Shown piece by piece: positions 22,060-35,203 of a DNA stretch of 64,000 nucleotides. The DNA comes from Narcine bancroftii. Lineage: Eukaryota. The position numbers and the translations under genes were made by a program. A model generated the notes under the pieces. It made no database searches, was not told where the DNA came from, and worked only from the letters and a program-made list of their open reading frames with translations. Within the stretch, counting starts at the first letter, position 1. The number at the start of each line of letters is the position of its first letter. The stretch covers positions 170,686,001-170,750,000 of the forward strand of contig NC_091474.1 in assembly GCF_036971445.1 (NCBI RefSeq), written 5' to 3'.

Positions 22060-22900
22060 GAAAGATAATAAATATAAAATATAGATAATAAATATTCATT
22101 GTTATAGTGCAGAAAAGTAAGTGGCATTTCAATGCAAATAGGTCTTTTTGTGGGGCTGGAGTAGTTTATGATTAGGGTAGTAAGGGTAGGTTTAAGAATT
22201 GGAAAAAATGTTCTTGAACCTAAAGGCGCTGGTCTTCGGCTTCTGTACCTTCTGCCTGAAGGTGGCAGCAAGAAGAGGTTGTGATGGGAGATCTGTTATG
22301 ATGTTGGCTGCCATCTTGAGGCAACACCTCACATCAATATCTTCAATAGATGGAAGATGAACCCTGTGATGGGCTTGCCTCTGTTTACTACATTCTGTAG
22401 CCTTCAGAGTTCCTGGGCACTTGAATTCCCAAATCGGTCTGTGGTGCAACCAGTGAGTATACTTTCCACATTGCACCAATCATGAGTATATGGGAACAAA
22501 GTAGGGGACTAAGAACACAGCCTTGAGGTGTACCTGTGTTGATTCTTAATGAAGGTGAAGTGATGTTGCTGGCTGGAGTCTGCTGATGAGGAAGTCAAGA
22601 ATCCATTTGCAGAGTGAGGAACAGAATTTCAGATCCATTTGTTTGATCCTAGGTTATGCTAGTATGATGGTGTTGAATGCCTAGTCAATAAACAACAGCC
22701 TGATATAGGTGTTCTTGTGGTCCACATGATCGAACACAGAGTGTAGGTCAGCAAGATAGTCTCTGTTGTGACAATAGGTGAATTGAAGTGGGTAACAAAG
22801 GTTGATTTACTCCATAACCAACCTCTCAAACATTTAATAATGAAAGACATTAAGTGCCACTGGCCAATAGTAATTGAGGCAGGTTTTCTTGCTCTTCTCG
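22060..22900 (-). mobile_element. Rex1/Babar-like LINE 3' part
   Basis: LPPSGRRYRS motif, LPSIEDI..RCCLKMAANII, and a GVPQGCVL-like RT remnant near 22510-22540. Confidence 0.7.
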
Positions 22901-24182
22901 GCTGTAGTTCTGAGGAATCCTACTGATGCTTTTTGGAGAGAGAAATGAATGGAGGGTCATGCTGATAAATATTTGCAAGGAAAGACAGGAGGAAGTTCCA
23001 GTGGTGTACAAATTATCGACTTGACCGATGGTGAAAAATAGCCTTTTACTGTGCAATTTATCTGTACCATTTTTGTTTTGAGTTAAGCTTGGTTCTCGGG
23101 ATGTGGGGAATATTTGGAATTTTAGAGTTAGCCGTGATCCTTTCATACCCTCAGTGGAATGCTTTCTCAATGTAAAAGCTGCAGTCTCAGAGCAGTGTGG
23201 AATTTGGAGCATCACTTTCCTTTCAGTCAGCTGCAATTGCCCGCATGTTGGAGAAGAAGGTGTGAATGGTATTGTTGCTGATGTGCTAAGTGCAAAAATG
23301 CAGCAAGCATTATCATTCGTCCAGCTGTGGTTCAAATTTTGTATGGAGGGCAACAAAAGGCACAGCAATGAAAATTGATTATTGCTCTGGTGATGTCTCA
23401 TTCTGTCAAAAAGAAGTATCATAAAAGTTTGAACTCTACTTCCACTTCATATTAAATAAATTTAATTTATCATGTACATTTAAATTAATTCTACCAAAAT
23501 TATGCTTTTTATTTAATCAATTCAATGAAATAATTGAAATCCATCAAGCAAATAAAAAAAGTGATTTAAGTCGTTTTCATGGCGTCATGTAACTAATATC
23601 CACAAGAGGTCACTAATTGTATATGAGCAGCAACATAGGTGTATAATAATTCAACACAATCCATTTTTTTGAAGAATTTTTCCTTCCTTTCCCAAAATAA
23701 CAGGTATTTAAATTTGCTTCCAATTACATCACTATCTTCGAACATCATCTTTCTTCATATTGGATGTGTGATTTTGAGGTCTATTTAATTGAGGTAATAT
23801 ACAACATATTTACTGCACTCTATTCTATTTTGTATTGTGATCTTGTGATTCAGTCTCACTTTTATCATTGAGTTCTACCTTGCCATACCACTGTGAAAAT
23901 CTTCATTAATGGTTAGGTAAACATGTGGTGGATAAACATATAACAGAGAGATTTCCTGCAGATTATTTGAACTACAGCAGTCAGAAATTTATAAATAAGC
24001 AATGAAACAATGGGAGCTCTCTCGATTTTAGTGGAAAAACAACAAGTAATTCAAAATAAAAATCATATAAAGGACACACATGTAAGTGAACGCATGCGCA
24101 TGCACCATTTAGTGATCAAAAGTAAAACAATATTGCTTGGAAATTGGATCAGATATACTGTACTAAATCATTGTATTTAGAC

Positions 24183-25035
24183 CAGGGGTCTCAAGCTTGC
24201 GGCCCGCGGGCCAACTGCGGCCCTCGGGACGATAGTTTGTGGCCCCGCCTTAATATGAAAGTTTAATGTTAGTGAGGCCCGCGAGTTTGATATGATTGGC
24301 ACTTTTCAGTGTTGTGTGCGGAGCTGAACGAACCTACCAATCACAGTGGGGTATATTGCTCTCGGGGGCGGGACATTGGCTGGGCTTATTGCGAATATAA
24401 GCATATTTGTGTGCATTTTCTATTTGTCATTATATGCACGCGGCACATGCGCAATTTCCGCAGCCGCTCCCGCTTCACGCGCTTCGGCGCGTGAACTTCA
24501 ATAAGTCCAAGGTACAGGTCCAGACTTACTGACGAGCATCTTCAAGCCCTACTGAGGGTCTCAACTGCCTCCTCCCTTAAGCCAAATGTGGCTCGGCTAT
24601 GCGAGAGGAAGCGCTGCCAGATCTCTAGCAGTAAGAAGTAGGCAGAAGAAGTTGTTCATAACAGTTTATGTTCAATGTTCAATGTTCCATGTTCCATTCA
24701 TGTTCAGAAAGTTAAAGGTTAAAGAACTGTTAATACAGACATTTGAATCTGAATAATAATAATTACAATAATTACATTTCTCCAGTCAGCAACTATATGT
24801 GGTTTCTTCAGTCTTCTATATTATTTTCATTTTATTTATTACTGATTGATTTTTTTTTCTTATGAATTGTTAATTTATTTTCATCTTATTTTGTGTTTAA
24901 AAAAAAATAATAACGACATTTGATAACATTGGAATGTTTTTGTAAGAGCTTTTCTTGTGGAAAACCTGATGCGGCCCAGCCTCACCCAGACTCTACCTCC
25001 AGCAGCCCCCGGGTAAATTGAGTTTGAGACCCCTG
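24183..25035 (+). mobile_element. Internally deleted hAT (Charlie/SPIN-like) DNA transposon retaining the transposase C-terminus
   Basis: TIRs CAGGGGTCTCAA / TTGAGACCCCTG; perfect 8-bp TSD ATTTAGAC (24175-24182, 25036-25043); GCGGCCC subterminal repeats; RSRLTDEHLQALLRVSTASSLKPNVARLCERKRCQISSSKK* at ~24514-24641. Confidence 0.92.
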
Positions 25036-25054
25036 ATTTAGACACTGCATGCTG

Positions 25055-25465
25055 TTGAGACAAAAATGCTGGAGAAACTCAGCAAGTCACACAGCATACT
25101 TTAAGTAGCAAAGATAAAGATACATAACCATTGTTTCAGGCCTGAGCTCTTCATCAAGGTATGAGGAAAATGCAGACAGGCATCTGAATAAAATGGTGGG
25201 GGAGGGACAGAGGCAGAGCACAAATCCACAGGCAAGAAGTCATAGGTGGATATGGGTGGAAGGGGACAAGAGAAAAGAGATGAGAAGTGATAGGGGAAGT
25301 GGATAGCTCTGAATGGAAAGAGAAGGGGGAGAGCTGGAGGGAAGGGGACAGAAGGATGGAGAAGAGATGGAGATGGAAGACTGATCTAACAGAAATCGGA
25401 GAAGTCAATTTTAATGCCATCCAGTTGGAGAGTGCCTCGTTGGAATATTAGGTGTCATTCCTCCA
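25055..25465 (-). mobile_element. Penelope-like 3' fragment
   Basis: Homologous to 6470-6790; CTTGATGAAGAGCTCAGGCCTGAAAC on the minus strand. Confidence 0.75.
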
Positions 25466-25489
25466 AATAATGGCTAGTGATGACGAAAG

Positions 25490-25760
25490 CTTGAGGGCAA
25501 TAATTTATGGTGAGAAGGAAAAGGTTTAAAGGGGATTTGAGGGTAAATTTTTCACACAAATAGTAGTTGCTCTCTAGAAGTGGTGGAGGAACAACACTGA
25601 CAATATTTAAGAGATATCTTGACAGATATTTGTATGAGCGCCACATAGCAGGAAGTTCTGGAATAAGGCAGGAAACTGGATTACTATGGTTAGTCACAAT
25701 GATCAGACACAGTGGGAGGGACAAAGGGGTTGTTCTGCTCCCCACAACTCTATGAAAGTT
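25490..25760 (+). mobile_element. CR1 3' end fragment
   Basis: AGGTTTAAAGGGGATTTGAGGGTAAATTTTTCACACA..TTTAAGAGATATCTTGACAG. Confidence 0.65.
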
Positions 25761-27675
25761 GTGAGGACTCCACACTAGCCTGTAAGAGACTGGTGCAGAC
25801 AAACTGACGTTCATCTTGAAGAAACTACTGGCATTTTGGTCCTGATACTTTGGTGATTCTTTTTGTACCAGCCAATATAATGGGGGAATGCACTAATCAG
25901 CTGTGGAAGCAGGGTATAAGCCTTGTGCCACAGGATCCATACTTCAGCGAAGGGTTGACTGTTGCCTGGCACTGTGGACTCTCTTGGGATGGAGTCAGGA
26001 GTGCACCCTAGAAACATTGCATTCACCCTGCGGAAATTCTTCTGATCCACAACTCATGAATATCCTGTCAATAAAAATGTCTGTGTCTTTCATGGGAGTC
26101 CTTGCAATACTAGGAAGCTGGCAAATCCCAGAGCTACATTCTCCTCATTGAAATTAAAATAGATTAAATAATTTCTTCATCAACTCTCTGATGCTGAAGA
26201 GAGCAAGAAATTGGGAGGAATAGTCACGGTGCTGGGAGTTATCCTATGACAAGGAAAATTTGGGGTCAGCTTGACTTTGATGTCATGAAGAGAACAGCCC
26301 AAGCGTGAAATCATGCCACATATTTCAGTGATGACTGCCTTGGAAATATGGTGTCTGCCAATATATTGGAGAGGTCCAGTTAGAATGTTGTGTCTTTGAA
26401 ATCTATGGGAAAGGTTTCTTTACACAGGGACATATCTTTGCCTGCTGTCTTAATGCCCCTTGTTCCAATGCCATTACAACAGCCATATAAATCCAGGGAT
26501 AGATGGTGTCAATGAGACACTATTGAGGTAGCAATTGCACGAGCATATCAGACGCTAAATACAGGAGAACATCTTCACTGTTTACTGTAGTAAACATTGG
26601 AAGTTGTTTGAGTAGCCTACAGTGGAGGGACAGTGGATAATCACCTTAAAAAGCAAAAATCAGAAGGATTTGTCCTTAGTTCTACTGAGATTGTTTCTGC
26701 GTGTTGAATTTTCAATCTTTGCTTCAATTTACGAGAGTATCATCAGAAAAGGACATTGTGTGTACTGTTGCATTGTTAATGCAGATCTAAAATGGAGGAA
26801 GGATTAGGCATGCCAGCATGGATCACAACAGGAAGTCTACTATTGTTACCTGGAATTGATTGATAGCATGGTGTGTAATCAAAACTGAATTGCATGGTTT
26901 TAGGCCAACTTCTAGACATAAAATTGGAAACTAAAACTTTGCTGTGCTTTTTCTTTGTCCTTTGTTATCCTTGCATGAATTTCCTACTCAATTTTCATCT
27001 GTTTTGCAATCAAATCCAGCAAAGGGCAGATTGGATGCCTGAAACAAACACTTTCCTGAACTCTTTGAGTATAACTAATCAAACAGTGGGAATTCCTGAC
27101 AAAAACTTTGAAAATACATTTTCCTTTGATTTTCAATAATGTAGCCTTATTTGATGATAATGAGCTAAATTTGAAAGTAATTGATTTTCACGTATAACTA
27201 AGTAAATGACACCCTTTGAATGCCTCCTCGCTTACGCTTTACAGAGAATGAGTAAAATCTGCAACAATTATGTCTGGTTAATCCTTAGTTTAACAATTTT
27301 GACAGGCACATGTGCGTGACGATGCCACAGAGGTGTTATACATGTCCAGGATGCGTGCCTGCTATTGAAGTTAGATGCATTACATTTGCAATTCAGAGGT
27401 CTGACATCTGTTGCAACCTCCTTTGTGCCTATAACTGGAATACATGCTGCTTCATTCTTTTATAATCTGTTCTCTGAAAGGCAAGATAGTTAGCGCTACA
27501 CAGGAGACTGCAGATGCGGGAATCTGAAACCAAACACAATCTGCTAGAGGAATTCAGCGAATCAAGCCACCAACTGTGTGAAGGTAAGAAAGTTTTGTTT
27601 TCATTCCATCACTCCCCTCCAACCCACAACTGCCTGCTCTACACCACACTCTGATCTTTCTGAAACACTTTAATA

Positions 27676-27864
27676 CAGGGGTGACCAAACCACAGCTCTT
27701 TGACATGCAATGTGCGGCTCGCGGAAATATATTGGCTGAGATCAGAATCGTACGAGCTGGTGGTTCTAGTGGGCACAGCTTGCGATCACATGATTGTTGT
27801 GGCTCTCAAACATCTGGAGTTTATCGTACATGGCTTACACAATAAGCAGATTTGGCCATCCCTG
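27676..27864. mobile_element. hAT MITE
   Basis: CAGGGGTGACCAAAC...TTTGGCCATCCCTG; degenerate 8-bp TSD CTTTAATA/CTCTAATG. Confidence 0.8.
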
Positions 27865-27944
27865 CTCTAATGCATGCTGTACTTCCTGCAACTCGTCTGG
27901 TACACAATCACTGCCCGGAGACCAAACCGCTCCTGCACTGAGGC

Positions 27945-28102
27945 AGCATATTTCATATTTATTGTCAGAGTACAAACATGACATTACATACAACCCTGAG
28001 ATTCTTTTTCCTGCGGGTGAGGGAGAATAACCACCTTTTGGTAGTGCAAAAAAACCCTCAATGTTCACATGTAAACAAATAAAGAAATGCAAACAAACTG
28101 AC
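27945..28102 (-). mobile_element. Rex1-type LINE 3' tail
   Basis: Reverse complement matches 21250-21326 (GGGTTGTATGTGATGTCATG..TGACAATAAAT.TGAAAT). Confidence 0.55.
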
Positions 28103-29259
28103 CTCGATTCTGGCGTTAACCTCTTTTGGCATGCATATTGCATTGGGATTCTGCCTGGTTCCAATTCCTTGACCCCAAAAGTGTCAGGAAGTGTTATTAA
28201 ATAAAGAATGAATTAATGATCAACAGAAAATATATTTTACTCATATATTTAACTATTCCAATTAAAATGAATACAATTGCTCCGTTGCTCTTCAATGTAG
28301 TTTTGTATTCTCTCTGTTGCCTTTTAACTAAACTTCCTCTTGTATTAGACTGGTCTATGCTCAGTCCAGCCCACTGCCTGTGCTCAGCAAACCGACCTGC
28401 TGGTCAGTCCTTTGTTATCCTTGCATGAATTTCCTACTCAATTTTCATGGGACAAGCTGTACAGCAGACATCTTTTCTGCAGTCCTTCTGCAATGCAGAT
28501 TATGACCAGACCTCAGGGAGTGAAACCTGAGGCCCTACACCAACTCTCATCCTAACAACTTTTAACAAGACTGACAATATTGCTGACTCCCAAAACCCAT
28601 GACAAGGCGCTCATTTGTTGTAAGTGACCAAATCCTGATTAATTTATCTTCCTGGATTTAAAGACTGTCTGCATCACTTAAAATAAAGGAACATTGAGGC
28701 CCAGTAGGATTGCTGGCAAAAATGAATGGGAATGGTATAAGAAATATTGGACCCCTTGACATTTTGAGGTTGCTCTGTACTTTTTAATGAATGTAATAGA
28801 GAGCGATGACCGTTTTCTTATAGAGACTAGGGGATCCTCCAGACATTCACAGGAAGAGCAGTAGAAGAGGGGTCAGATGAGAGGTTACTGTGAGAAAAGC
28901 AGCCCAAAATCCAGGGTCCAATAATTTCACACACAAGCTCAAGGTGAATAATAAAACTACAAATGTCACACCCTTACCTCACGACTTCCACACACCTTCA
29001 TCTATTCAACCATGGAATAAGACTTATTGAAACACATACTACAAATTCATTAATTAATTTCCCTGTTTCAGGACAAGGCAGCATTGTCAATGAACTGCTA
29101 AAGAACAGAGACAATGCATTGTTTGAGCACGGTGGAGGAGGAAATGTAGGGAAATTCATGGCCCAAAGTGCTGCTGAAAGCACTGAATTTGATTATGTTC
29201 TCACCTAATTCCCCTTGTTTCCCATTTCCCCCGCATCCTATTCTTTCTTTTGAATCAGA

Positions 29260-29536
29260 CAGGGGTATATCTACGAAAAATAGTGCCTATGGCAAGCTCT
29301 GAAATTGTGCCCCTCTATCATGGTTCAATCGCCTCTAGGGCCCAGCAGCACCCCCGAATCCATGGCTGCCATTTTGCAGGCCTGAGTGGTGGCCCCGCGC
29401 CAAGCCGTGATGCCACAGCTGATTCTTCTTCTTCTCCAGCTCCACCTGGGGAGAATCTGACTTCGATAGAAACTGCTGAGTGGTGCCCCCTTCAAGTGGC
29501 ACCCAGAGCATGTATCATACCTTAGATACGCCAATG
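29260..29536. mobile_element. hAT (Tip100-like) MITE
   Basis: TIRs CAGGGGTATATCTA / TAGATACGCCAATG; 8-bp TSD GAATCAGA/GATTCAGA (29252-29259, 29537-29544). Confidence 0.75.
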
Positions 29537-30275
29537 GATTCAGAGGCTGCAGGTAATGTAAGCATGTATGCTTCATCCCCTCTCCCCAAAAAAAATGCCT
29601 TTTACTTCCTGTGGACACTGCATGACCTGCTGAGTTTCTCCAGCACTTTTGTGTTTTGTAAAGTCCAAGAATCTTGAAAACATGGTCAAATTCAGAAACA
29701 AGTATAGAAGTGCTGCATGCCCATCCAGTAACTTCTTCCAATATTTATGCATCTCCACCTGGTTTCTAAACAAAATAATTTGAAATAAGTTGGCACTGAT
29801 AGTCCTACCTTCATAAACAATTAATTATTTTGATACAAGCCTTACCAACAGTGGCCTTTTAGCAAAGGACAACAGGAAGATCCAAAAAAAGTACGTATAC
29901 ATCCATGCCAAGGAAATCCAAACACACAGGTTCAGTCAGCAGCAAAGTATTTGCTAAATCAGGCCCATCAGTTTGTGTAAGATTCTATTTAAGACAGCAC
30001 CCAAAATGATTGAAAGTTGAGGCTTCCTTCATCATGAACTTGTATTTGTTCATTTTAGCCACATTTTACACCTAATGCAATGTCAACCAGTTTCTTCTCT
30101 TGAACCTTGTATGATCTCAGTACATGCCTTCAAGATTACATATTATGCAACTTAAGTGGTGACTATCAATTAAGTTGTAGAAAGAAGAACCTGGTCCATG
30201 CCCTAATTTATTCTACGTTTTGAAAAAGCAAAACAATTTTCATGCTATTTGTTTTGACATTATATATTCTACTAG

Positions 30276-30636
30276 ACTCCTTGAACCATTTTCTTTCCAC
30301 TCAGAAACTACTTTAAGTATATCCTATGCCATAGGTGCTCTGTGATTAGTAAGGGATTGCTTAAGGCGTTATGTGGGTGGAAAGAAAAAGTTTGAAAACC
30401 ACTGTTTAAATCGTACCTAATTGACTCGTTATGTGCATGATTTCATAACTCCAAAGGAAATGGGCTAATGACAATTTTTCTCAAGCAAAAGATTTCAGTA
30501 GCAATTGGGCCTAGAGCTGTGATTCTCAACCTTCACTTCCCACTCACATACCTCTTTAAGCAATCCCTTTCTAATCACAGAGCACCGATGGCATAGGGAT
30601 ACTTAAAGTGGTATGTGAGAAAGGTTGAGAACCACT
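30276..30636. mobile_element. Composite of two inverted hAT MITE units around a ~110-bp spacer
   Basis: Unit 1 (~30276-30404) ends GAAAACCACTG; unit 2 (30517-30636) runs CTGTGATTCTCAACC...GGTTGAGAACCACT. Internal ATGCCATAGGTGCTCTGTGATTAG vs its complement CTAATCACAGAGCACCGATGGCAT. Confidence 0.75.
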
Positions 30637-32348
30637 TCCCTAAACTATTAAAAAGGTGTACCTATAAAAATATCAGTTATGTAGTTGATGTGCTAATAAT
30701 TTGTTTTGATTTTAGATCTGACTTCAGAAATTCAGAACATGTGGAAATAGGAAGAACCATAAACTTTCCAGGCAGCAATAAAGCAATAATGCTCATCATG
30801 GACTTTGAAGAAAAGCCATTTATAAAGTTCAAATCTGTGGCATCACTTTTATCTTTTCCTGCTTTCATTGTCAGATATCATCTCTAAAAGTGCTCTGGCA
30901 TTCAACAATAGGGATATCATCGTACAAAGTGAGCAGCCATTCACAATGAAGCATAGACAGTAATCCAGGAAGTGAAAAGCAATATTTCTGACTGACTTGA
31001 AATGTTTTTTACTGAGTGTGAAATAGTTTTACAAACACATGATATGAAGATAGAAGCTGATATATCATAAACAAACTTTAAAAATAAAATAAAAATTCAT
31101 TTTTATTTTAAAATCCATTGAATTTTGAAATATTTATCTGAGGGAATGATAAGCCAAACATATAAAATTATTTAATGAGGGCCAGAGTGGTAATTAAGTA
31201 ATAGTTATGGCTCAATATGCCATTAAAATTCCTTTAAATTTATGCAAAGAACCCAAACTATCTGCATTTTAAAGTGAGAATAGTTGATAAATAATTGACA
31301 TTTTGGTGAGTTTACAGATTTATAAAGATTATGTTAGAAAGGTTATCAGGAATATAGTGTTAATCGATTATGATGGAGAAAAAAGGAAGGTGCAAAAACA
31401 ATTAAATATACATGCACGTTCTCCAATGGTTTCTTTCAGATTTCCTCTATTATGACAATGAGCGCTAATGTTATCTCTTATTGCAAACCCTGTGTTTTAT
31501 CCCTTGTGGTGTTGATTATGTCTGTCCTGACTTTCACAGATTCTTAGGGGCGTCCGCTACAAGAGCTGTTTAAAGAATTCCATGATAAGGTGCTAAGTGA
31601 TTAGTGATGAGGTACACCTCCTTTGGTAAGCAATGTGTAGTAAATTACTTGCAAGGAGAAACAATAAAAATAGCATTTTTAAAAAGAGATTTAAATGAAG
31701 CATTGCTTTATATGACCAATAATCATGATTATTCAATGACAAAACTTTGAACGTGCCTTAGTGAGGACTATAATTGAATGAAGGGGAAGATGTGTTTGAG
31801 AAAGCGTGCCTTTCAGATGAGGTACAGGGACAATTCTGGCACAATGACCACCATTTTGAACAATAAGACACAGTTTCATGCACAGACCAAATAACAACAG
31901 ATAAATACCAGACATACATATATAAGGCAATTAATTTATAAAGTATTATTACTAGCACCCATTAAGTGGCAAAGACACATAATACACAGACAATATCCAT
32001 TAGTAATAGTTACTAACAATGCTCTCTTCTAACTACACAGAAGCTCTAGTCACTGGCAAAGCATCTCATTTTCACCAGCTGATCATCCCTTTTCGATGGA
32101 CTCTGAACTCGGGTACAAATGTGGGATCTGTTGGACTCCTTTTGGGTAGGAATGTACCCAATCTCAAAGTGTCTTGGGGAAAGTTATAGGGAAAGCCATA
32201 GCTGAGAGAGTTAAGGAGCCCAAAGGCATTTGGCAGACTATCTGACTGGGAGTTCAACACTGCCTATGGAGTTAATTTATCTCTTAATTTTTGTGGAGTT
32301 TCTTAAGATAAGAAAATACATGATTAGATAATTGAGTTTGTGACATTA

Positions 32349-33362
32349 GGCCCTTTCAAATTGCCATGTAAACTGGGGTTAACTGGGCAATTTGCTCAGT
32401 TGGTGATCCAGGACCGTGGCTACTTGAATGGGTCCAACCGAGTCAAAACCCAAAGGTGTCCCAGACCTACCTCGGAGGTAGTCAGTGAACCCAGTAAAAC
32501 TTACCTGAACCTCCTCCTCTGGTGATTTGAAAGGGGAAATGGCGGACCCAGTTACCCTCGTGACATCTGCGCTTGTGTGTGTGCATCAGAGGGAAACTAC
32601 TGGCTGGCTCAATGTAGGATGCTGTTGTGGTGCTGCCTTGACGTCCCACTCTCGTGGTGGTGGGGGGGGGGGCGGAGGGGTGCAGCTGCCGTAAATGGGG
32701 AGAGGTGCTGGTGCAATCGGAGTGGGTGCTGTGATGTGCCATTGCTGCGAATGGGGTGGGGGTGGGGTTGCTGCCACAATATCCTGCTCCAGTTCACTGC
32801 GACAGGTCAATGCGGGACTGAGGGCGCAAAGGCCATCTCCTTACCCATAATCCCCCATGCTGCTGGAATAGCTCTGGTGCTGGCCCCCTTAACCAAAGAG
32901 ACCTCATATGCCAGTGGGCAGCATCCCCCCCTCCCCCCCCCGTTCGCAGTAACCACCCCCCTGTTCATGGCAGCATCACATCTTGACACACCCCCCGGTT
33001 GCAGAAGCTCCGCCCATTCACAGCAGTGGCACATTGCTGGGAGGGGCAACTGATGACCAAGAGCGGGTGGGGGGGGGAGGGGGAGGAGGCAGAACTGAGG
33101 GCCAGGAACGGAGGCGAGTAACCAGGAGTAGGGGGAATTTAGGAGAACTTTAAACAGAAAGTGATTCCCTGTGGGGCTGGCTATGACTGTGTGGTGTGTC
33201 ATTCACCCCATCATCGCAGGGGCGGATCCCCCTTAAATTGCCGGGTTGGCGATTTAACAGGTAGGCTAGGCTGCTATTTGAAAGGCGCATCCTGCCCATA
33301 TGACCCAGTAATCTCACCCGGGTCCCACGAGGGCTACAAACACGTTTCAATTTGAAATGAGA
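32349..33362. mobile_element. Non-autonomous PIF/Harbinger-like DNA transposon
   Basis: TTA-flanked left TIR GGCCCTTTCAAATTG; degenerate right TIR CAATTTGAAATGAGA; internal repeats of TTTGAAAGG; GC-rich interior with repeated blocks. Confidence 0.55.
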
Positions 33363-33869
33363 TTTTTCTGTATTAGTCTATAACATTTCAGCATTGTACT
33401 TTCATTTATAATGTAGATTTACTTACTGGTTCTTTTTGTAGACTTTAGCATGTTTAAACCCTTTTCCTTTGTGACATATTTTTCACCTAGTCAATCTAAT
33501 TCCAGTCTTACTCATCAGTCTTTCCTTCATGAAATTTAAAAAGAAATATTCATGAAAATGCAGTAACTGAATGATAACCCAGAGAAAAAGTTACTTCTTG
33601 CAACATGTTAGAACACGACAGAAACAGTGATGTATACAGAATGGTCATGAAATGGTATAAATGATGGATAATATTAATTGAACAAAGCAAAGTGGTTATC
33701 CAGAATAAAAACCATTATTATTGAGAGTCATTAACAAATATTCCATTACATGAAAGTGGAAAATATGATTGGAAAATTTAAACATTTTGATGACCTTAAA
33801 TGAGTTCCAAACTCAATTTGCCAGTCTTTGGTTAAATATGTGAATTTCTCAAAATAAAGCAGAATAAAA

Positions 33870-34984
33870 AAAAATTGCTAATTTGTTTATTGTAAATGTT
33901 GATAGATAAAGTTTAGTCTAATTTTTATATTTAGTTAACTGTGTCACTAGAATTTATGTCCAAAGACAATAAGCGTACACGTGAAACACGTAGACCATAT
34001 TTTTCTAATCCAATATTTAGACATCTTGATTGTATACTGTGTGTGTTAGTAATATACATAGAAAAGTAAAAGAGAAGCTACGCTGAATAAATGCCAAAAT
34101 GTTCTAAAAATCCTGTATTTATGGAAATTACTATTTAAAAAAAAAGTGTTTTCTATAAAATGGAATAGCAGGTCATCTTGTGCTAATTGGACCATAAAGG
34201 TGTCTTTTAATAGGACAACAGGGAAACTTCAATACACCATGAGATAATTAGATGTGTTGTTTGGAAAAAATTACAAGTGTAATGATGTGTATTTGTCTAT
34301 CCATGTCTATTCATTTTATCATTCCTATTTTTAGTAAGTATATTGCATATAACTTCAATTAGTACATTTTATCAATATTAAAACAGTGATAAAAATACAA
34401 ATTACAGTTACACCTTTTCACAAGATTATTTTAGAAGATGTTGACATTATGTACTGCACATTGGAGTAAATGGAAGTTAGTATTACCCCAAGGTTGCCTC
34501 TATCTTTTACGTTACTACAAATACTCTCACAGGATTTTAACCAAAGACATCAGTGGCAATTTAATGCCAAGAAAGTAAAACTCTTGTTAACTTTTCATTT
34601 CCTGAACAAGTCAGCGAACACAGCTGACACCATCACAATATGCCTCAGAGAGTTTAAGCCATATTTAAAATTGGATCAAACATTCATACTGAATCACTTC
34701 AGAACAGCAGGTTACCATGTGCATAATTATTTAAATATTCACCTTGGAGTTTACTAATGTCATTCTAACTTAAATGTATGATTTATGATATGATCAGATA
34801 GTAATTTGTAAATAGTAAGAAGCATGCACATAGTAACCACCCATTCTATTTTGGTAAGTCTTGGGAAATCAGAAATGGACTCGAAAACAAATGCTTCTGT
34901 GAAATGACAGACCATTGTTCTTTTCAAGAGTGCGGCCACAGCAGAGAGTATGAGCTGATACTTCTAAAAGTGTGCATCACTCTC
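33870..34984 (-). other. rcan2: RCAN2 3'UTR (AU-rich, no recognisable TE)
   Basis: Lies between the stop codon and the polyA signal; several ATTTA pentamers on the minus strand. Confidence 0.6.
33886..33891 (-). terminator. Probable RCAN2 polyadenylation signal
   Basis: AATAAA on the minus strand followed ~17-40 nt downstream by U-rich TTTTTTTTTATTCTGCTTTATTTTG. Confidence 0.6.

Positions 34985-35203
<219 letters not shown>

Noticed and set aside
22850-23422. 190-aa and 91-aa overlapping ORFs
   Set aside because: No recognisable domain and partly overlapping LINE remnants; probably chance ORFs.
32482-33355. Cluster of Pro/Gly-rich ORFs
   Set aside because: Low-complexity GC-rich interior of a non-autonomous DNA transposon.
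1-33800. Exons of the expected neighbours ENPP5/ENPP4/CLIC5
   Set aside because: No matching peptides were recognised in the ORF track or by eye; short exons cannot be excluded.
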